From: Nitrososphaeria archaeon
GTDB taxonomy: Archaea; Thermoproteota; Nitrososphaeria; Geothermarchaeales; JDFR-13
NCBI GenBank assembly: GCA_027078545.1
Contig: JALWXN010000004.1
Location: 1-64,000, forward strand
Reading direction: 5' to 3'
Length of the DNA: 64,000 nt
How positions within the stretch are numbered: the stretch's first letter is position 1; each line of letters starts with the position of its first letter. The position numbers were made by a program, and so were the translations under genes. Shown here piece after piece: positions 8,612-19,275 of this stretch. The notes beneath the pieces were generated by a model. The model ran no database searches. It was not told where the DNA came from and saw only the letters and a program-made list of their open reading frames with translations.

Positions 8612-9450
8612 ACCTCCTTCTCTATAGGTGCCCCGACCATATTACCCCATTCACTCCAAGAGCCGTCGTACACCCGTACCTTAGGGAAGCCGAGAAGATG
8701 CCTCAGGACGAAGTAGGTGAAGGCCGCCCTCTCACCTATCCTACAGTAGACGATAACCTCCTTGTCGGGCTTCACACCCAGCTCCTCATACAACTTCCTA
8801 ATCTCATCCACATCCTTGAAGGTTCCATCATCATTGACTGCCTTTGCCCAGGGTATGTTAACCGCGCCGGGTATATGTCCAGCCCTCTGGGCCTGCTCAT
8901 TGGGATACTCCGGAGGAGCAGTTATCTCACCCCTATACTCCGCGGGGCTCCTAACATCGACGAGGACTGTGTCGGGATCCCTGAGCCGCTTCATAACGTC
9001 TAGGAAGTAGGCCCTCTTTGTAAGATCTACCTTGGAGACCCTATAGGTGGTGGGCTTGACCTCCGGCCTCTCCCTAGTCATGGGGTAGCCCAGCTCTATC
9101 CACTTATTCCTCCCACCATTCAGTATCGATAGCTTCTCATGTCCATACATCTCGAATATCCAGAAGGCGAAGGCTGCGAACCAGTTGTTATAGTCCCCAT
9201 AGAGGATTACATGGTCATCATTACTGATGCCAAGCCTAGACATCAGCTTCTCAAACTCCTCGGGCGAGATTATGTCTCGCTCCGGATACTTGTTGAGATC
9301 CCTCTTCCAGTCTATAAGTATGGCGCCCGGGATATGGCCCAGCTCGTAGGCAGTCTTAGGGTCGTAGTCAACCTCAACCACCTTCACCCCTTCCTTACCT
9401 AGTATCTCCTTTAGCTCCTCTGGCTGTATAACCTTCTCCATAGGACTCAC
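8608..9450 (-). CDS. Two-domain rhodanese / thiosulfate sulfurtransferase (CysA/SseA-like)
   Basis: GHIPGA twice; active-site loop YCRIGER; YDGSWSEW signature. Confidence 0.95.
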   Translation of the reverse strand: MSPMEKVIQPEELKEILGKEGVKVVEVDYDPKTAYELGHIPGAILIDWKRDLNKYPERDIISPEEFEKLMSRLGISNDDHVILYGDYNNWFAAFAFWIFEMYGHEKLSILNGGRNKWIELGYPMTRERPEVKPTTYRVSKVDLTKRAYFLDVMKRLRDPDTVLVDVRSPAEYRGEITAPPEYPNEQAQRAGHIPGAVNIPWAKAVNDDGTFKDVDEIRKLYEELGVKPDKEVIVYCRIGERAAFTYFVLRHLLGFPKVRVYDGSWSEWGNMVGAPIEKEV

Positions 9451-9519
9451 CTATATAACACTGTTATACCCAACCAACTTATTATTGGTTATACATACAT
9501 ACTAGCCAGTGTAGGACCT

Positions 9520-10098
9520 ATGAGGCTGGAGACCGTCTCCATAGCGTGGCGGGGCGCGAGGGATCTAGATATTGTTATAGAGGCCCTACAGAGCTTCAAC
9601 CCAAGACACCTCATCCTCAACGTCGAGACACCCAGAAAGGAGGCCACCGACACCCTTCTAAGCCTCAGAGACGAGTGGATCGAGACAGACCTTATAATAA
9701 GGGAGACGGGCACTGTAGACCTCATGGATACACTCCTAGGCGTTATACAGCTCGTAGGAGGGTCCAGCTTCATAGCTATTGATCCAGACTGCTCGAGATA
9801 TACAAGGCCTACAGAAATATCGAGACACCTATGTGGTGAAGATGGAGTACTACTGGGAAGGGAGGGATGCACACCGATGGCTAAAATAGATGGTGAGGGA
9901 TACGTTACACATCTATCTGATAAGGCCGACTACTACCTAGCAGGAGCAATATGGATGGATGGAGAGTCTGCAGAGATCCTGAGGGAGATAGTTATAAAGA
10001 CCTATCCACCGGAGAAGGTATCCCTAGCCTCGATACTAAACCTCTTCATAAGCAAGTATGGAGTGCTGAGGGGCTGCCTAGTCAGTGAGGAGGACTGA
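9520..10098 (+). CDS. Hypothetical protein, degenerate sugar-nucleotidyltransferase-like fold
   Basis: Spacing resembles NTP_transferase (FIAIDPD; KIDGEGYVTHLSDK; LAGAIWMD), but the GxGTR motif is absent. Confidence 0.45.
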   Translation: MRLETVSIAWRGARDLDIVIEALQSFNPRHLILNVETPRKEATDTLLSLRDEWIETDLIIRETGTVDLMDTLLGVIQLVGGSSFIAIDPDCSRYTRPTEISRHLCGEDGVLLGREGCTPMAKIDGEGYVTHLSDKADYYLAGAIWMDGESAEILREIVIKTYPPEKVSLASILNLFISKYGVLRGCLVSEED

Positions 10099-11124
10099 GG
10101 ACTCCCTCCTCCACCCTATCCTAACCCTCTCACCAGGGTCGGGGAGCTTCTCACCATATCTGAAGGGCCTGAAGATTATGAAGGTGTGCCCATCCACCTC
10201 TACATGGAACTCCACATAAGACCCCTTGAAGATCTTGAACTGGACAACTCCCTCCACAACATTGTCCAGACCCTCGGTATTCCCGATGTATATCTGCTCA
10301 GGCCTAAGGGCTATGGCTACCTTACTCCCATCAGCAACCTCGCCCGAGACGAGTATCCTACCCACATCAGTCTCGACAGCGCCCTCCCTATAGACACCCT
10401 CAACAATGTTTATCGCCTCACCTATGAAGCGGGCCACGAACTTGTTTACCGGCCTTAGATAAATCTCCTCAGGAGTTCCAACCTGCATTATCTTCCCATC
10501 CCTCATTATCGCTATCCTGTCAGACATCACCATGGCCTCTCCCTGGTCATGGGTTACGTAGATAAAGGTGGTTCCGACCTCCCTATGGATCCGCTTAAGC
10601 TCCACCATCATCTCCTGCCTAATCTTCAGATCCAAAGCCCCGAGAGGCTCATCGAGGAGTAGTACTTTAGGCTCGATTACTAGAGCCCTCGCAAGAGCCA
10701 CCCTCTGCCTCTGACCACCACTAAGCTGGTTAGGCATCCTATTCTCCATGCCGGGAAGCCTCACAATCTCGAGGGCCTCCTTAACCCTCCTCCTAATCTC
10801 ATCCTCGGGATACCCACGCATCCTCAGGCCGAAGGCTATATTCTCAAAGACATTCATATGGGGGAATAGGGCCAGGGTCTGGAAGACCATACCTATACCC
10901 CTCTTATGCGGAGGGGTATAAGTCACGTCCTGACCATGTAGCTTAACCATCCCCTCGTCGGGAGTCTCCAGACCAGCTATCATACGGAGTGTGGTGGTCT
11001 TACCACATCCACTAGGGCCTAGGAGGCTGAAGAACTCCCCATCCTTCACCTTAAGGTTGACATGATCCACAGCCACTACATCGCCAAACCTCTTGACTAT
11101 ATCGATGAGCTCAACCGCATACAT
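10078..11124 (-). CDS. ABC transporter ATP-binding subunit, PotA/MalK type
   Basis: GPSGCGKT, LSGGQRQR, LLLDEP, YVTHDQ; C-terminal TOBE domain. Confidence 0.93.
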   Translation of the reverse strand: MYAVELIDIVKRFGDVVAVDHVNLKVKDGEFFSLLGPSGCGKTTTLRMIAGLETPDEGMVKLHGQDVTYTPPHKRGIGMVFQTLALFPHMNVFENIAFGLRMRGYPEDEIRRRVKEALEIVRLPGMENRMPNQLSGGQRQRVALARALVIEPKVLLLDEPLGALDLKIRQEMMVELKRIHREVGTTFIYVTHDQGEAMVMSDRIAIMRDGKIMQVGTPEEIYLRPVNKFVARFIGEAINIVEGVYREGAVETDVGRILVSGEVADGSKVAIALRPEQIYIGNTEGLDNVVEGVVQFKIFKGSYVEFHVEVDGHTFIIFRPFRYGEKLPDPGERVRIGWRRESSVLLTD

Positions 11125-11170
11125 CCCCCCACACCAGGGCTACATTTAAAGCTCTCCCACAGAGCGTCTC

Positions 11171-12049
11171 TTATATCTTTACTGCATATATGACCCCATG
11201 CTCCCAGATACGAGTAGGCCTGAACCCAGCCCGTCTAAGACGCTTCATGACACCCCCAGCCATATCGACACCCGACTTATACCTGGGCTGACCCACATAG
11301 TGGACAAGCCTACCACCCTTACGGAGAACCCTCGCCAGAGACCTGTAGAAATCCAGGCTATACAGCTCACCAGCCCTCGAGAACCTAGGAGGATCATGGA
11401 TAACAGCGTCGAACGACTCCCTAGGAAGCTCCTCAACCACCTCGGCAACATCACCAAGGATTATCGGTATATCCACAAGCTCGCCGCTCCAAGGGTTATA
11501 CTTAGCCATGTCCAGTACATTCCTATCCACCTCGACCGTGACAACCTCAGCACCCCTAAGGAGGGAATGTATAGCCGTGTATCCAAGGCCGGTACACGTG
11601 TCCAGCACCCTATCCCCCCTCCTCGGCCTCAGGAGTGAGACCTTGCTATAGGCATCCCTCCACGGAGTGATGCCCACCACCCTATGCATCTTGATCCCAC
11701 TGATCTCTATAGTGGGGGCTGTATACGGCATAGGTGCGTAGAGCCTGTAGTATAGGCCGTCACGGTAAAACGCGAGTCGACCATACCTACCCCCTCCAAG
11801 TATGTAGATATCCCCCTCACCAACCTCCTCCAACAACCCCTCTACACTATATCGATACCCATCTAGGACCAGGTGAGAATTCTCTACATATACATATCCC
11901 CATGTACGTCCAAGATCCAGAGAGGTCTTCTTAGGACCATTCCAACCAAGGAGCTCCATCAACATACCACGAGTAACCAGGGGAACCTCCAGCCTAGAGT
12001 ATCTATATAGGGTGAAGCTATCCAACCAATCCATACCAATCATCTCCAT
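11171..12049 (-). CDS. Archaeal class I SAM-dependent methyltransferase (COG2521-like)
   Basis: APTIEISGIKMH; VLDTCTGLGYTA; IHDPPRFS. Confidence 0.85.
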   Translation of the reverse strand: MEMIGMDWLDSFTLYRYSRLEVPLVTRGMLMELLGWNGPKKTSLDLGRTWGYVYVENSHLVLDGYRYSVEGLLEEVGEGDIYILGGGRYGRLAFYRDGLYYRLYAPMPYTAPTIEISGIKMHRVVGITPWRDAYSKVSLLRPRRGDRVLDTCTGLGYTAIHSLLRGAEVVTVEVDRNVLDMAKYNPWSGELVDIPIILGDVAEVVEELPRESFDAVIHDPPRFSRAGELYSLDFYRSLARVLRKGGRLVHYVGQPRYKSGVDMAGGVMKRLRRAGFRPTRIWEHGVIYAVKI

Positions 12050-12099
12050 GCACCGTTGGAGAAGTTATATTCTACCCATCCATAATCGCTTAGTAGGCC

Positions 12100-13476
12100 A
12101 TGAAGACTATACAGCTATACGACAGTAGGGAAGCGAGGCTAAAGCCTGTGAGATCCCTCAGGGGAGACAACATCATCAGGATGTATATATGTGGACCGAC
12201 CGTCTACGACTATAGCCACATAGGACACTTCAAAACCTTCATAGTATACGACACCATGGTTAGATTCCTGAAATACTCGGGCTTCGACGTGATGCATGTA
12301 GTCAACATAACCGATATCGACGACAAGATAATCAGGCGGGCCAACGAGGAAGGGAGGAGCTATAGAGAGGTGAGCGAAGAGTTTACAGAGGACTTCATAG
12401 CAAACTGGAGAGCCCTAAACCTACTCCCACCCTACGCACTACCCAGAGCCACATATCATATCAGGGATATGCACAGGATCATAGAGTCCCTAATAGAGAG
12501 GGGCTACGCCTACGTGGCCAACGGGAATGTATACTTCTCCGTAAGGAGGTTCGAGAAATATGGAGAGATAAGTAAGCAGAGCATAGACGACCTGATAGCC
12601 GGCTACAGGGTAGAGGAGGGAGAGGGCAAGATAGACCCCCTAGACTTCGCACTATGGAAGAAGGCCAAGCCAGGTGAGCCCAGCTGGGAGAGCCCATGGG
12701 GACGGGGTAGACCCGGGTGGCACATAGAGTGTACAGCCATGAGCAGCAAGCTCCTAGACCCACCATTCGAGATACATGGAGGCGGGGAGGACCTAAAATT
12801 CCCACACCACGAGAATGAGAGGGCACAGACAAACTCCTACATAGGGGAGGAGGCCGTCTATATATGGACACATGTAGGCATACTCAAGATGGCCAAGGAG
12901 AAGATGTCCAAATCACTGGGTAACATAGTCACTATGAGGGACCTCCTGAGAGTAATGCATCCAGACACAATAAGGATATTCGTCATATCCACCCACTACA
13001 GGAAGCAGAGCGAGTATAGCGACGAGAAGATACGGGAGGCACAGAACATACAGAGGAGGATACAGAGCGTATACACCCGACTACTAAGGGCTGAGGATGG
13101 TGGTGTAGGGATAGATGTGGATCAGTATAGGGAGGAGATACTCAGCCACCTCTCAAACGACCTAAACACACCAGCAGCCCTAAGCACATTCATGTCCTTC
13201 CTAGACGAGCTGAGCAGCGCCCTAGCCTCTAGAGGCCTAAGCAAAGAGTCTAGGGAGGACGCCCTAAGACTATACAAGGAGGTCCAGTACATCTTCGGCC
13301 TACAGCTAGAGACCAGCCTAGAGACAAGGGGCATCCTAGAGCTACTGATAAACGTGCGGAAGGAGCTTAGGAAGAGGAGGATCTACGACGTGGCCGACAT
13401 GATCAGGGATGAACTAGCTAAGAAAGGGGTGATCCTCGAGGATATAGGGGAGGACACTATATACTACACCGTCTAG
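12100..13476 (+). CDS. cysS: Cysteinyl-tRNA synthetase
   Basis: [32 protein letters not shown]. Confidence 0.98.
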   Translation: MKTIQLYDSREARLKPVRSLRGDNIIRMYICGPTVYDYSHIGHFKTFIVYDTMVRFLKYSGFDVMHVVNITDIDDKIIRRANEEGRSYREVSEEFTEDFIANWRALNLLPPYALPRATYHIRDMHRIIESLIERGYAYVANGNVYFSVRRFEKYGEISKQSIDDLIAGYRVEEGEGKIDPLDFALWKKAKPGEPSWESPWGRGRPGWHIECTAMSSKLLDPPFEIHGGGEDLKFPHHENERAQTNSYIGEEAVYIWTHVGILKMAKEKMSKSLGNIVTMRDLLRVMHPDTIRIFVISTHYRKQSEYSDEKIREAQNIQRRIQSVYTRLLRAEDGGVGIDVDQYREEILSHLSNDLNTPAALSTFMSFLDELSSALASRGLSKESREDALRLYKEVQYIFGLQLETSLETRGILELLINVRKELRKRRIYDVADMIRDELAKKGVILEDIGEDTIYYTV

Positions 13477-14408
13477 AAGCCCTCCTCAATAAGCGCCTCC
13501 ACAAGTATCGGGAGAAGAATAGTGGCGTCGCCCCATACACTTACATACCTACCACTACTCGACACCTTGTTCCAGCTGACGGCCTCAGACATACGGGCCC
13601 CGGATAAGCTACCGTCATACTCCACAGCCGTAGATATCTGGACTGCATAGTCAAGCCCACCCCTAAACTGGTTCCACCAGATTAGGTGGTGCTTCGAGAC
13701 CCCACCACCTACCACTATACCAGCCGTACTAGAAGCCTCATAGACCGCGTCGGCCAACAACTTCTCATCCCGATACATATCCAGCTTAAAGTCCCTATGG
13801 AACTGTTGGAAGACCCAGATATTATACCCAACAGCCCCGTCGTAGGGGGCCGGCACTATAACCTCTACATCCCTCTTATAAGCAGTATAGAGGAGGCTCT
13901 CCTCACTACCTATATACTTCCCAAGCTCCCAGGAAAACTCGTAGGTAGAGAGCTCCCTCACACCCCGGCTATATAGATCCTCAAGGAGCCTCCTCATATG
14001 CCTCTCAATAACGACTCCATAGTTATCGAAGGGGATCAGAACATTACCAAGCCTATGGACCTCCCTCCTCCTAAGCTCCTTATCATCCATCTCGAAGGAC
14101 CCGATGAAATAGTCTACATATGACCGGGCCAAGTCATGATCCCAAGTTCCACATGTCGTTATAACGACATCCACCCATCCACGGCTCAACATCTCCCTTA
14201 TAACGCCCCGTAGACCCGTGGAGATAGGTGCGGCTGGGAAGCTCATGAACACCGTGACCTCATCCTTCTTCTCAAGAACCTCCCTTAAGATGTTGTAGGC
14301 CTCGCCTAGGCGGCGCCCCATAAACCCGCCCATAGAAGCCATCTGACGGAGGAGGGCTGGCAGACCCTCCCCCAGCCCTATATCCTTGACGGGCCGCATA
14401 GGAGGCAC
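13473..14408 (-). CDS. dys: Deoxyhypusine synthase
   Basis: GGGVSKHH; DGSLSGA; EAVSWNK with the catalytic Lys. Confidence 0.95.
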   Translation of the reverse strand: MPPMRPVKDIGLGEGLPALLRQMASMGGFMGRRLGEAYNILREVLEKKDEVTVFMSFPAAPISTGLRGVIREMLSRGWVDVVITTCGTWDHDLARSYVDYFIGSFEMDDKELRRREVHRLGNVLIPFDNYGVVIERHMRRLLEDLYSRGVRELSTYEFSWELGKYIGSEESLLYTAYKRDVEVIVPAPYDGAVGYNIWVFQQFHRDFKLDMYRDEKLLADAVYEASSTAGIVVGGGVSKHHLIWWNQFRGGLDYAVQISTAVEYDGSLSGARMSEAVSWNKVSSSGRYVSVWGDATILLPILVEALIEEGF

Positions 14409-14417
14409 CCGCCCATC

Positions 14418-15533
14418 CTAGACTATCTCAATAGCCTTTGGGAGGCTTGTCAATACCTCACTCCCATCCTCAGTTATCAACACCATATCCTCGATCCTTA
14501 CCCCGCCTAGACCCTCCACATATATCCCAGGCTCAATAGTCACCACCATCCCCGGCTCCAACGTATACTCACTCCTGCTACTTAGACGGGGAGGCTCATG
14601 CACATTGAGACCTATACCATGCCCAGTGGAATGGGTGAAATACTTACCATACCCATTACGCTCAATAATCTTCCTAGCCACCTCATCAACCTCCTTAGCC
14701 TTCACCCCCGGACCAGCCTTGTCAATAGCCTCCATCTGAGCCTCGAGAACCACCTCATAGATCCTCTTCAAAGCAGTCTCAGCCATCCCCACGAAGAAGG
14801 TCCTAGTCTCATCGCCGAAGTACCCGTTGTATGACGCTACATAGTCCAGGGTAACAGCGTCGCCAGGCCTCGGAACCCTATCAGAACATCTCCAATGGGG
14901 ATAGGCCGAGTTAGGACCACTAGCCACGATCAGGAAGTCCAGAGTCTTGTCAGCACCCTTCCTCAGCATGTAGCACTTGCTCTCAACCATCAGGGAATAT
15001 TCGGACATCCCCCTATCCAGACGCTCTGAGGCCCACCTAATCCCCTCATCCACAATCCTGGCGGCCTCCCTGAGGAGCGCAATCTCCCTACGACTCTTTA
15101 TCATCCTGGCACGCCAGAGATCATCACTAAAATCTGTAAGACCCTCCAGCTTCTCACTAAGCAGGTCGAACTCCCTCTTAGAGATGAATCCATAGGGGAC
15201 TCCTATCCTACCACCATCCAGCACCTTGCCTATCGCGTCGTAGAGGTTCTCAGCCTTCACAGACTCTAGGGGGCCGTCGTACCTATCCCTGTAGTAGACG
15301 ATTATGTCATCCACCCATGTAACCTTGGGGATCCTCTCGGTCTCCATCACGTTGGCTATAGCAACTATCCTACCCTCCCCCACATCGAGATACGCTGCAG
15401 AGTAGTCTATCACACCACCACATAGATAGTGGATATTCTCGGGATCGAGGAAGAGTACATAGTCAAGACCCTTCTCCTCAGCCCTAGCCAGGAGCCTGGC
15501 TATTCTCTCACCATCCCTCTCCATCGCCATCAA
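14418..15533 (-). CDS. pepQ: Xaa-Pro aminopeptidase / prolidase (M24B)
   Basis: HSTGHGIGLNVHE; TIEPGIY; GVRIED. Confidence 0.93.
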   Translation of the reverse strand: MMAMERDGERIARLLARAEEKGLDYVLFLDPENIHYLCGGVIDYSAAYLDVGEGRIVAIANVMETERIPKVTWVDDIIVYYRDRYDGPLESVKAENLYDAIGKVLDGGRIGVPYGFISKREFDLLSEKLEGLTDFSDDLWRARMIKSRREIALLREAARIVDEGIRWASERLDRGMSEYSLMVESKCYMLRKGADKTLDFLIVASGPNSAYPHWRCSDRVPRPGDAVTLDYVASYNGYFGDETRTFFVGMAETALKRIYEVVLEAQMEAIDKAGPGVKAKEVDEVARKIIERNGYGKYFTHSTGHGIGLNVHEPPRLSSRSEYTLEPGMVVTIEPGIYVEGLGGVRIEDMVLITEDGSEVLTSLPKAIEIV

Positions 15534-15571
15534 ATCAAATAATTACGGACGCCAAGCCGTAAAAATAGTGA

Positions 15572-15916
15572 ATGGGGTGTGGAGAGGTGGACATCTCCAG
15601 GTTCCAAGAGGTGATACGGGAGACATATATCCACCACGACAGGAGGAGGGGTCTAGAGAGGACGCTGGACTGGTTGGTAAGCGAGGTCTACGAGCTCAGA
15701 CAGGCCATCGAGGATGGTAGGGGCATAGAGGAGGAGCTGGCAGACGTATTGGCATGGCTAGCCAGCGTCGCCAACCTACTAGGTATCGACCTGGAGAAGG
15801 CAGCGGTGGAGAGATATGGGGAGGGATGCCCCAAATGCGGCTCAAAGCCCTGCAGATGCCAGTATAGAGAGGGCCCAGACAAAGACGTTGTACTCCTCGT
15901 TAGAACCCAGTCGTGA
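15572..15916 (+). CDS. MazG-like nucleotide pyrophosphohydrolase with a C-terminal Cys cluster
   Basis: SEVYEL, EEELADVLAWL, CPKCGSKPCRC. Confidence 0.88.
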   Translation: MGCGEVDISRFQEVIRETYIHHDRRRGLERTLDWLVSEVYELRQAIEDGRGIEEELADVLAWLASVANLLGIDLEKAAVERYGEGCPKCGSKPCRCQYREGPDKDVVLLVRTQS

Positions 15917-17264
15917 CCACAACACCCTCTAGAGCCACATAGCCAGTGTAGGAGGGTGTATCAACGTCCCACGGCAATGACCACTTAGTAGGCTCCGTAG
16001 ATAGTATGGGATTAACCACCAGGTCCTTAATGTTGAGCGAGAGCCTCGCACCTATAACAGGCTTCGTGAGCTCACCATCCTCTATCAAGAACCCCACATC
16101 CCTCTGCATAGTCGATAGGGAACCCTCCCTCAGGTTTGAATACCTCGTATACCACAGATTGGTTATGTAGATCCCCTCACCAACGGTCTTCAACAACTCC
16201 TCCTCATCCCTAGCAACATCGTCACACCTATAGACGACGTGGTGCATATGGGGGATGATCAGCCCCGCATGACCATTACTCTCCCTACCCATCCTCCTAG
16301 CAAGGGTATTGTTGAAGGCCAGATCCCTCAACACGCCGCCCTCGATATAGACAGTCTTCCTAGTAGGGACACCCTCCTCGTCAAAGGTTATAGAGGCCGG
16401 GCTATTCTCCATCCTAGGATCGTCATACACCAGCGCCCTAGCCCCAATATCCTCACCCAACTGGCCAGAGAAGACAGAGATACCGGTATAGTAGTTATAG
16501 GCCGAGAGCATCGATGATAGATAGCTCAGAAGATTTGAGAAGGCATCAGGAGTGAAGACCACCCTCGTCCTACGCCTCTCAGGCAAGACAGGCTTATCCA
16601 CACCCTCAAGCCTAGAGGACACCTCACCAACCATAGACTCAGCGTCCTCCTCATCCACCCTCGTCGAGAGTATAGATGATGTAGCCGTGAGCTCACTATC
16701 CTTGAAGCCCCTAACCCTGATGTTGAACCTACTATACTTATACTCCCCACTAGCCCCATAGGAAGACGCCATCAGACGCCTCCCAGCCTCCGCCGAGATT
16801 ATACCGCTAAGCCTCTCAACCCCACCAGCATCTGTAGACAGGATGGCTTCCAACAGCCTATATAGAAAGTCCTGGTCAAATACAGAGTCATTATAGACAC
16901 CAGGGATAATGTCATACGTCTCAAAGCCCGCCTCGGGAGGGATATACTCCTCCTGCCTATCGATAAGCCTAAAAGACTTACGTATAAAATCGACCACACT
17001 GTCCAGGTCTAGGGTAGAGACACTGTCGAGAGAGACAGTTGTATAGCTCTTCCCCTTCTTAACCATCACATCGATACTATCCTCAACCATGTGCTTAGTG
17101 AGGTCATGCCTATAGTTGGAGAACCTGATCCTCGTACTGTAGAGAATCTCACCATTAACGATCACGGTGTCAAACTCCTTCGAGAGCCTACTCACAAGCT
17201 TCTGTATAAACTCGTCCAGATCCCTCCAGCCCAGGGCCGACCTCAACAACTCGTCGAACTCCAT
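15900..17264 (-). CDS. tldE: TldE/PmbA family protein
   Basis: FDEEGVPT, SNGHAG, GIYITNLWYTR; no HExxxH motif; downstream of tldD. Confidence 0.85.
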   Translation of the reverse strand: MEFDELLRSALGWRDLDEFIQKLVSRLSKEFDTVIVNGEILYSTRIRFSNYRHDLTKHMVEDSIDVMVKKGKSYTTVSLDSVSTLDLDSVVDFIRKSFRLIDRQEEYIPPEAGFETYDIIPGVYNDSVFDQDFLYRLLEAILSTDAGGVERLSGIISAEAGRRLMASSYGASGEYKYSRFNIRVRGFKDSELTATSSILSTRVDEEDAESMVGEVSSRLEGVDKPVLPERRRTRVVFTPDAFSNLLSYLSSMLSAYNYYTGISVFSGQLGEDIGARALVYDDPRMENSPASITFDEEGVPTRKTVYIEGGVLRDLAFNNTLARRMGRESNGHAGLIIPHMHHVVYRCDDVARDEEELLKTVGEGIYITNLWYTRYSNLREGSLSTMQRDVGFLIEDGELTKPVIGARLSLNIKDLVVNPILSTEPTKWSLPWDVDTPSYTGYVALEGVVVTTGF

Positions 17265-17275
17265 ATAACCACCCC

Positions 17276-18742
17276 TTACCTAGAGCCTACAAGAATATTG
17301 TTTATCAGTAGGTGGGGCCCACCGAGGCTCACAGGCAGCACCTGCATAGGGTCACCCTTCCCACAGAAGCCTGGGAAGAGCTCAATCTCTGAGGAGGCTG
17401 CTGAGACCCTCGACAATAGCTCCCAGGTGGTGGACTCGAGGACGGGGTACTTCACAGGCGGGCCAAGCCTACCATTCTGTATGAGATACGCCTCGAAACC
17501 TGTGTAGCGCTGGTTAATCCTCCGATCATCAATGTTCCACTCAGTATAGTCCTTTATGAATATCCCCCGACCAGCCTCCTCAACCAGCTCATCCACACTA
17601 TACTCACCCTCCTGGAAATATGTCACACCCATCCTAACCAGAGGCTCGTCATGATAGCTTGAGGCCCTACTACTCCCATTACCCCTCATACCAATCCTCG
17701 ACGCTACGAATCTATTGCTTAGAAGGGTCTTTACAACCCCCTCCCTAATCATAACCCTAGCAGAGACCCTCATACCATCATCGTCATAGAGATAATATCC
17801 ATAAGCCCCTGGATACGTAGGGTCATCCACAACAGTCACGGCTTCAGAGCCTATCCGCCTAACCTCCACATCACTTATCGATACATAGGACTCCCCAGCC
17901 TGTGCACCCTCCATACCCAAGATCCTATCCAGCTCGAAGGGATGGCCAACTGCCTCATGAGCTATGATCCCGGCTATCTCCGGCCCAACGATAACGTTAT
18001 ACTTATCGATGGGGATAGGCTTGGCCTCCTTAACGACACGCTCCATAGCCTCTATACGCTCCCTACACTGAGACAGGAGATAATCATAGTCCAGGAACTC
18101 GGCCCCCTGAGAAGCCCCCAACAACACGTTTTTAGAGACGAACTCCCCATCCTTCCCAGTGAAATGGGCGAAGAAGGTTATCCTCGGAATAGTCGAGGAG
18201 ACCACCACCTGGTCAGAACTCGTGAAGAACTTCCTCTCCAAGGTATAGTTGATGACTATATGCCTACTCAGAAGCTCTATACTAGCGACATCCCTCAAAG
18301 CCTTGTCAAGATCAGTCAATATAGATATGGAGTCGTCGATATTATCTAGGAAAGGCTTCTCCTCCTTCACAACATACTCAACATCCTCCGAGGGGACGTC
18401 ATGAAGCGTATATTCATCGACCCTTCCCCACCCCCTCAGATTAGAGATCCTCTTAGCCAAGCCATCCAACACATACTCAGCCATCGACTTGGAGGGGGTG
18501 GAGACAGAGCCATAGAGAGTTATACCCCTGGAGAAGACCCTTATCCCAAGGCCAGCCTCATAGCTCCTATTAAAAGCCACCAGCTGACCATTATTCACAA
18601 CTATAGTGACGCTACGCTTCTCATGCACCCTAGCATCCACATAGCTTATATCCTGACTCCCCCCGAAACCCGTGAGGGAGCTAGCCGTATCAACGTAGTC
18701 CTCCCACCTACCCACCTCCACATCAGTAGACATTAGAACCAC
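17276..18742 (-). CDS. tldD: TldD family metalloprotease
   Basis: HEAVGH zinc motif; YDDDG; C-terminal CGKGDP. Confidence 0.92.
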   Translation of the reverse strand: MVLMSTDVEVGRWEDYVDTASSLTGFGGSQDISYVDARVHEKRSVTIVVNNGQLVAFNRSYEAGLGIRVFSRGITLYGSVSTPSKSMAEYVLDGLAKRISNLRGWGRVDEYTLHDVPSEDVEYVVKEEKPFLDNIDDSISILTDLDKALRDVASIELLSRHIVINYTLERKFFTSSDQVVVSSTIPRITFFAHFTGKDGEFVSKNVLLGASQGAEFLDYDYLLSQCRERIEAMERVVKEAKPIPIDKYNVIVGPEIAGIIAHEAVGHPFELDRILGMEGAQAGESYVSISDVEVRRIGSEAVTVVDDPTYPGAYGYYLYDDDGMRVSARVMIREGVVKTLLSNRFVASRIGMRGNGSSRASSYHDEPLVRMGVTYFQEGEYSVDELVEEAGRGIFIKDYTEWNIDDRRINQRYTGFEAYLIQNGRLGPPVKYPVLESTTWELLSRVSAASSEIELFPGFCGKGDPMQVLPVSLGGPHLLINNILVGSR

Positions 18743-18844
18743 CCCGGAACAGTGGGGGAATAACCCGTCCCAATAGAGCTAAATAACCCCCTCCACCCCA
18801 ATAAAAGAATATTCCTTTAGACAAGTGGGGGCGGTGGATAGGAG

Positions 18845-19237
18845 GTGTACAGACTCCCCCAGAGGATCGCGGAGAAGGCTGCAGAGAGAATCTCAAGGAT
18901 ACATGGCTCTAAAGTGGTCGAGGTAATGGGAATAAGGACTGAACAGGCGGAGATAGGTGAGGAATGGACTAGGTGGGGAGGGGCGAGGATAGTATACCGG
19001 ACCGGGGATATACAGAGTGCCAAGAGGCTTAGAGACCTACACCACGCCTCGGGCTTCAAATACTCGAGAATAGTCCCAGAGAGGGAGGGATACCTAGTGA
19101 TCTGCGAGACGACAGAGAATATAACCCTTCCCCAGAGGGTTTGGCATGATAAACCCGGAATTCGGATTATCAAGATATTACTTTTTCTAAGAACCGTGAA
19201 AAGGCTTAAAATGTTATTACGGAATACTAAATTTTAA
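18845..19237 (+). CDS. Short protein resembling the C-terminal half of Tyw3/Taw3
   Basis: DIQSAKRL...SGFKYSRI...LVICETTENITLP resembles Tyw3; GGAGG RBS; N-terminal catalytic motif absent. Confidence 0.5.
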   Translation: MYRLPQRIAEKAAERISRIHGSKVVEVMGIRTEQAEIGEEWTRWGGARIVYRTGDIQSAKRLRDLHHASGFKYSRIVPEREGYLVICETTENITLPQRVWHDKPGIRIIKILLFLRTVKRLKMLLRNTKF

Positions 19238-19275
19238 AAATCCCCCTATCCAAGAATCTAGAATGGTGATGCGAT

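Noticed and set aside
15900-18742. TldD/TldE as part of a RiPP biosynthetic cluster
   Set aside because: No precursor peptide, YcaO or other maturase nearby; looks like the usual housekeeping pair.
19170-19275. Heat-shock repressor operator upstream of hsp20
   Set aside because: AT-rich with a TATA-like tract, but I could not match a convincing operator palindrome.
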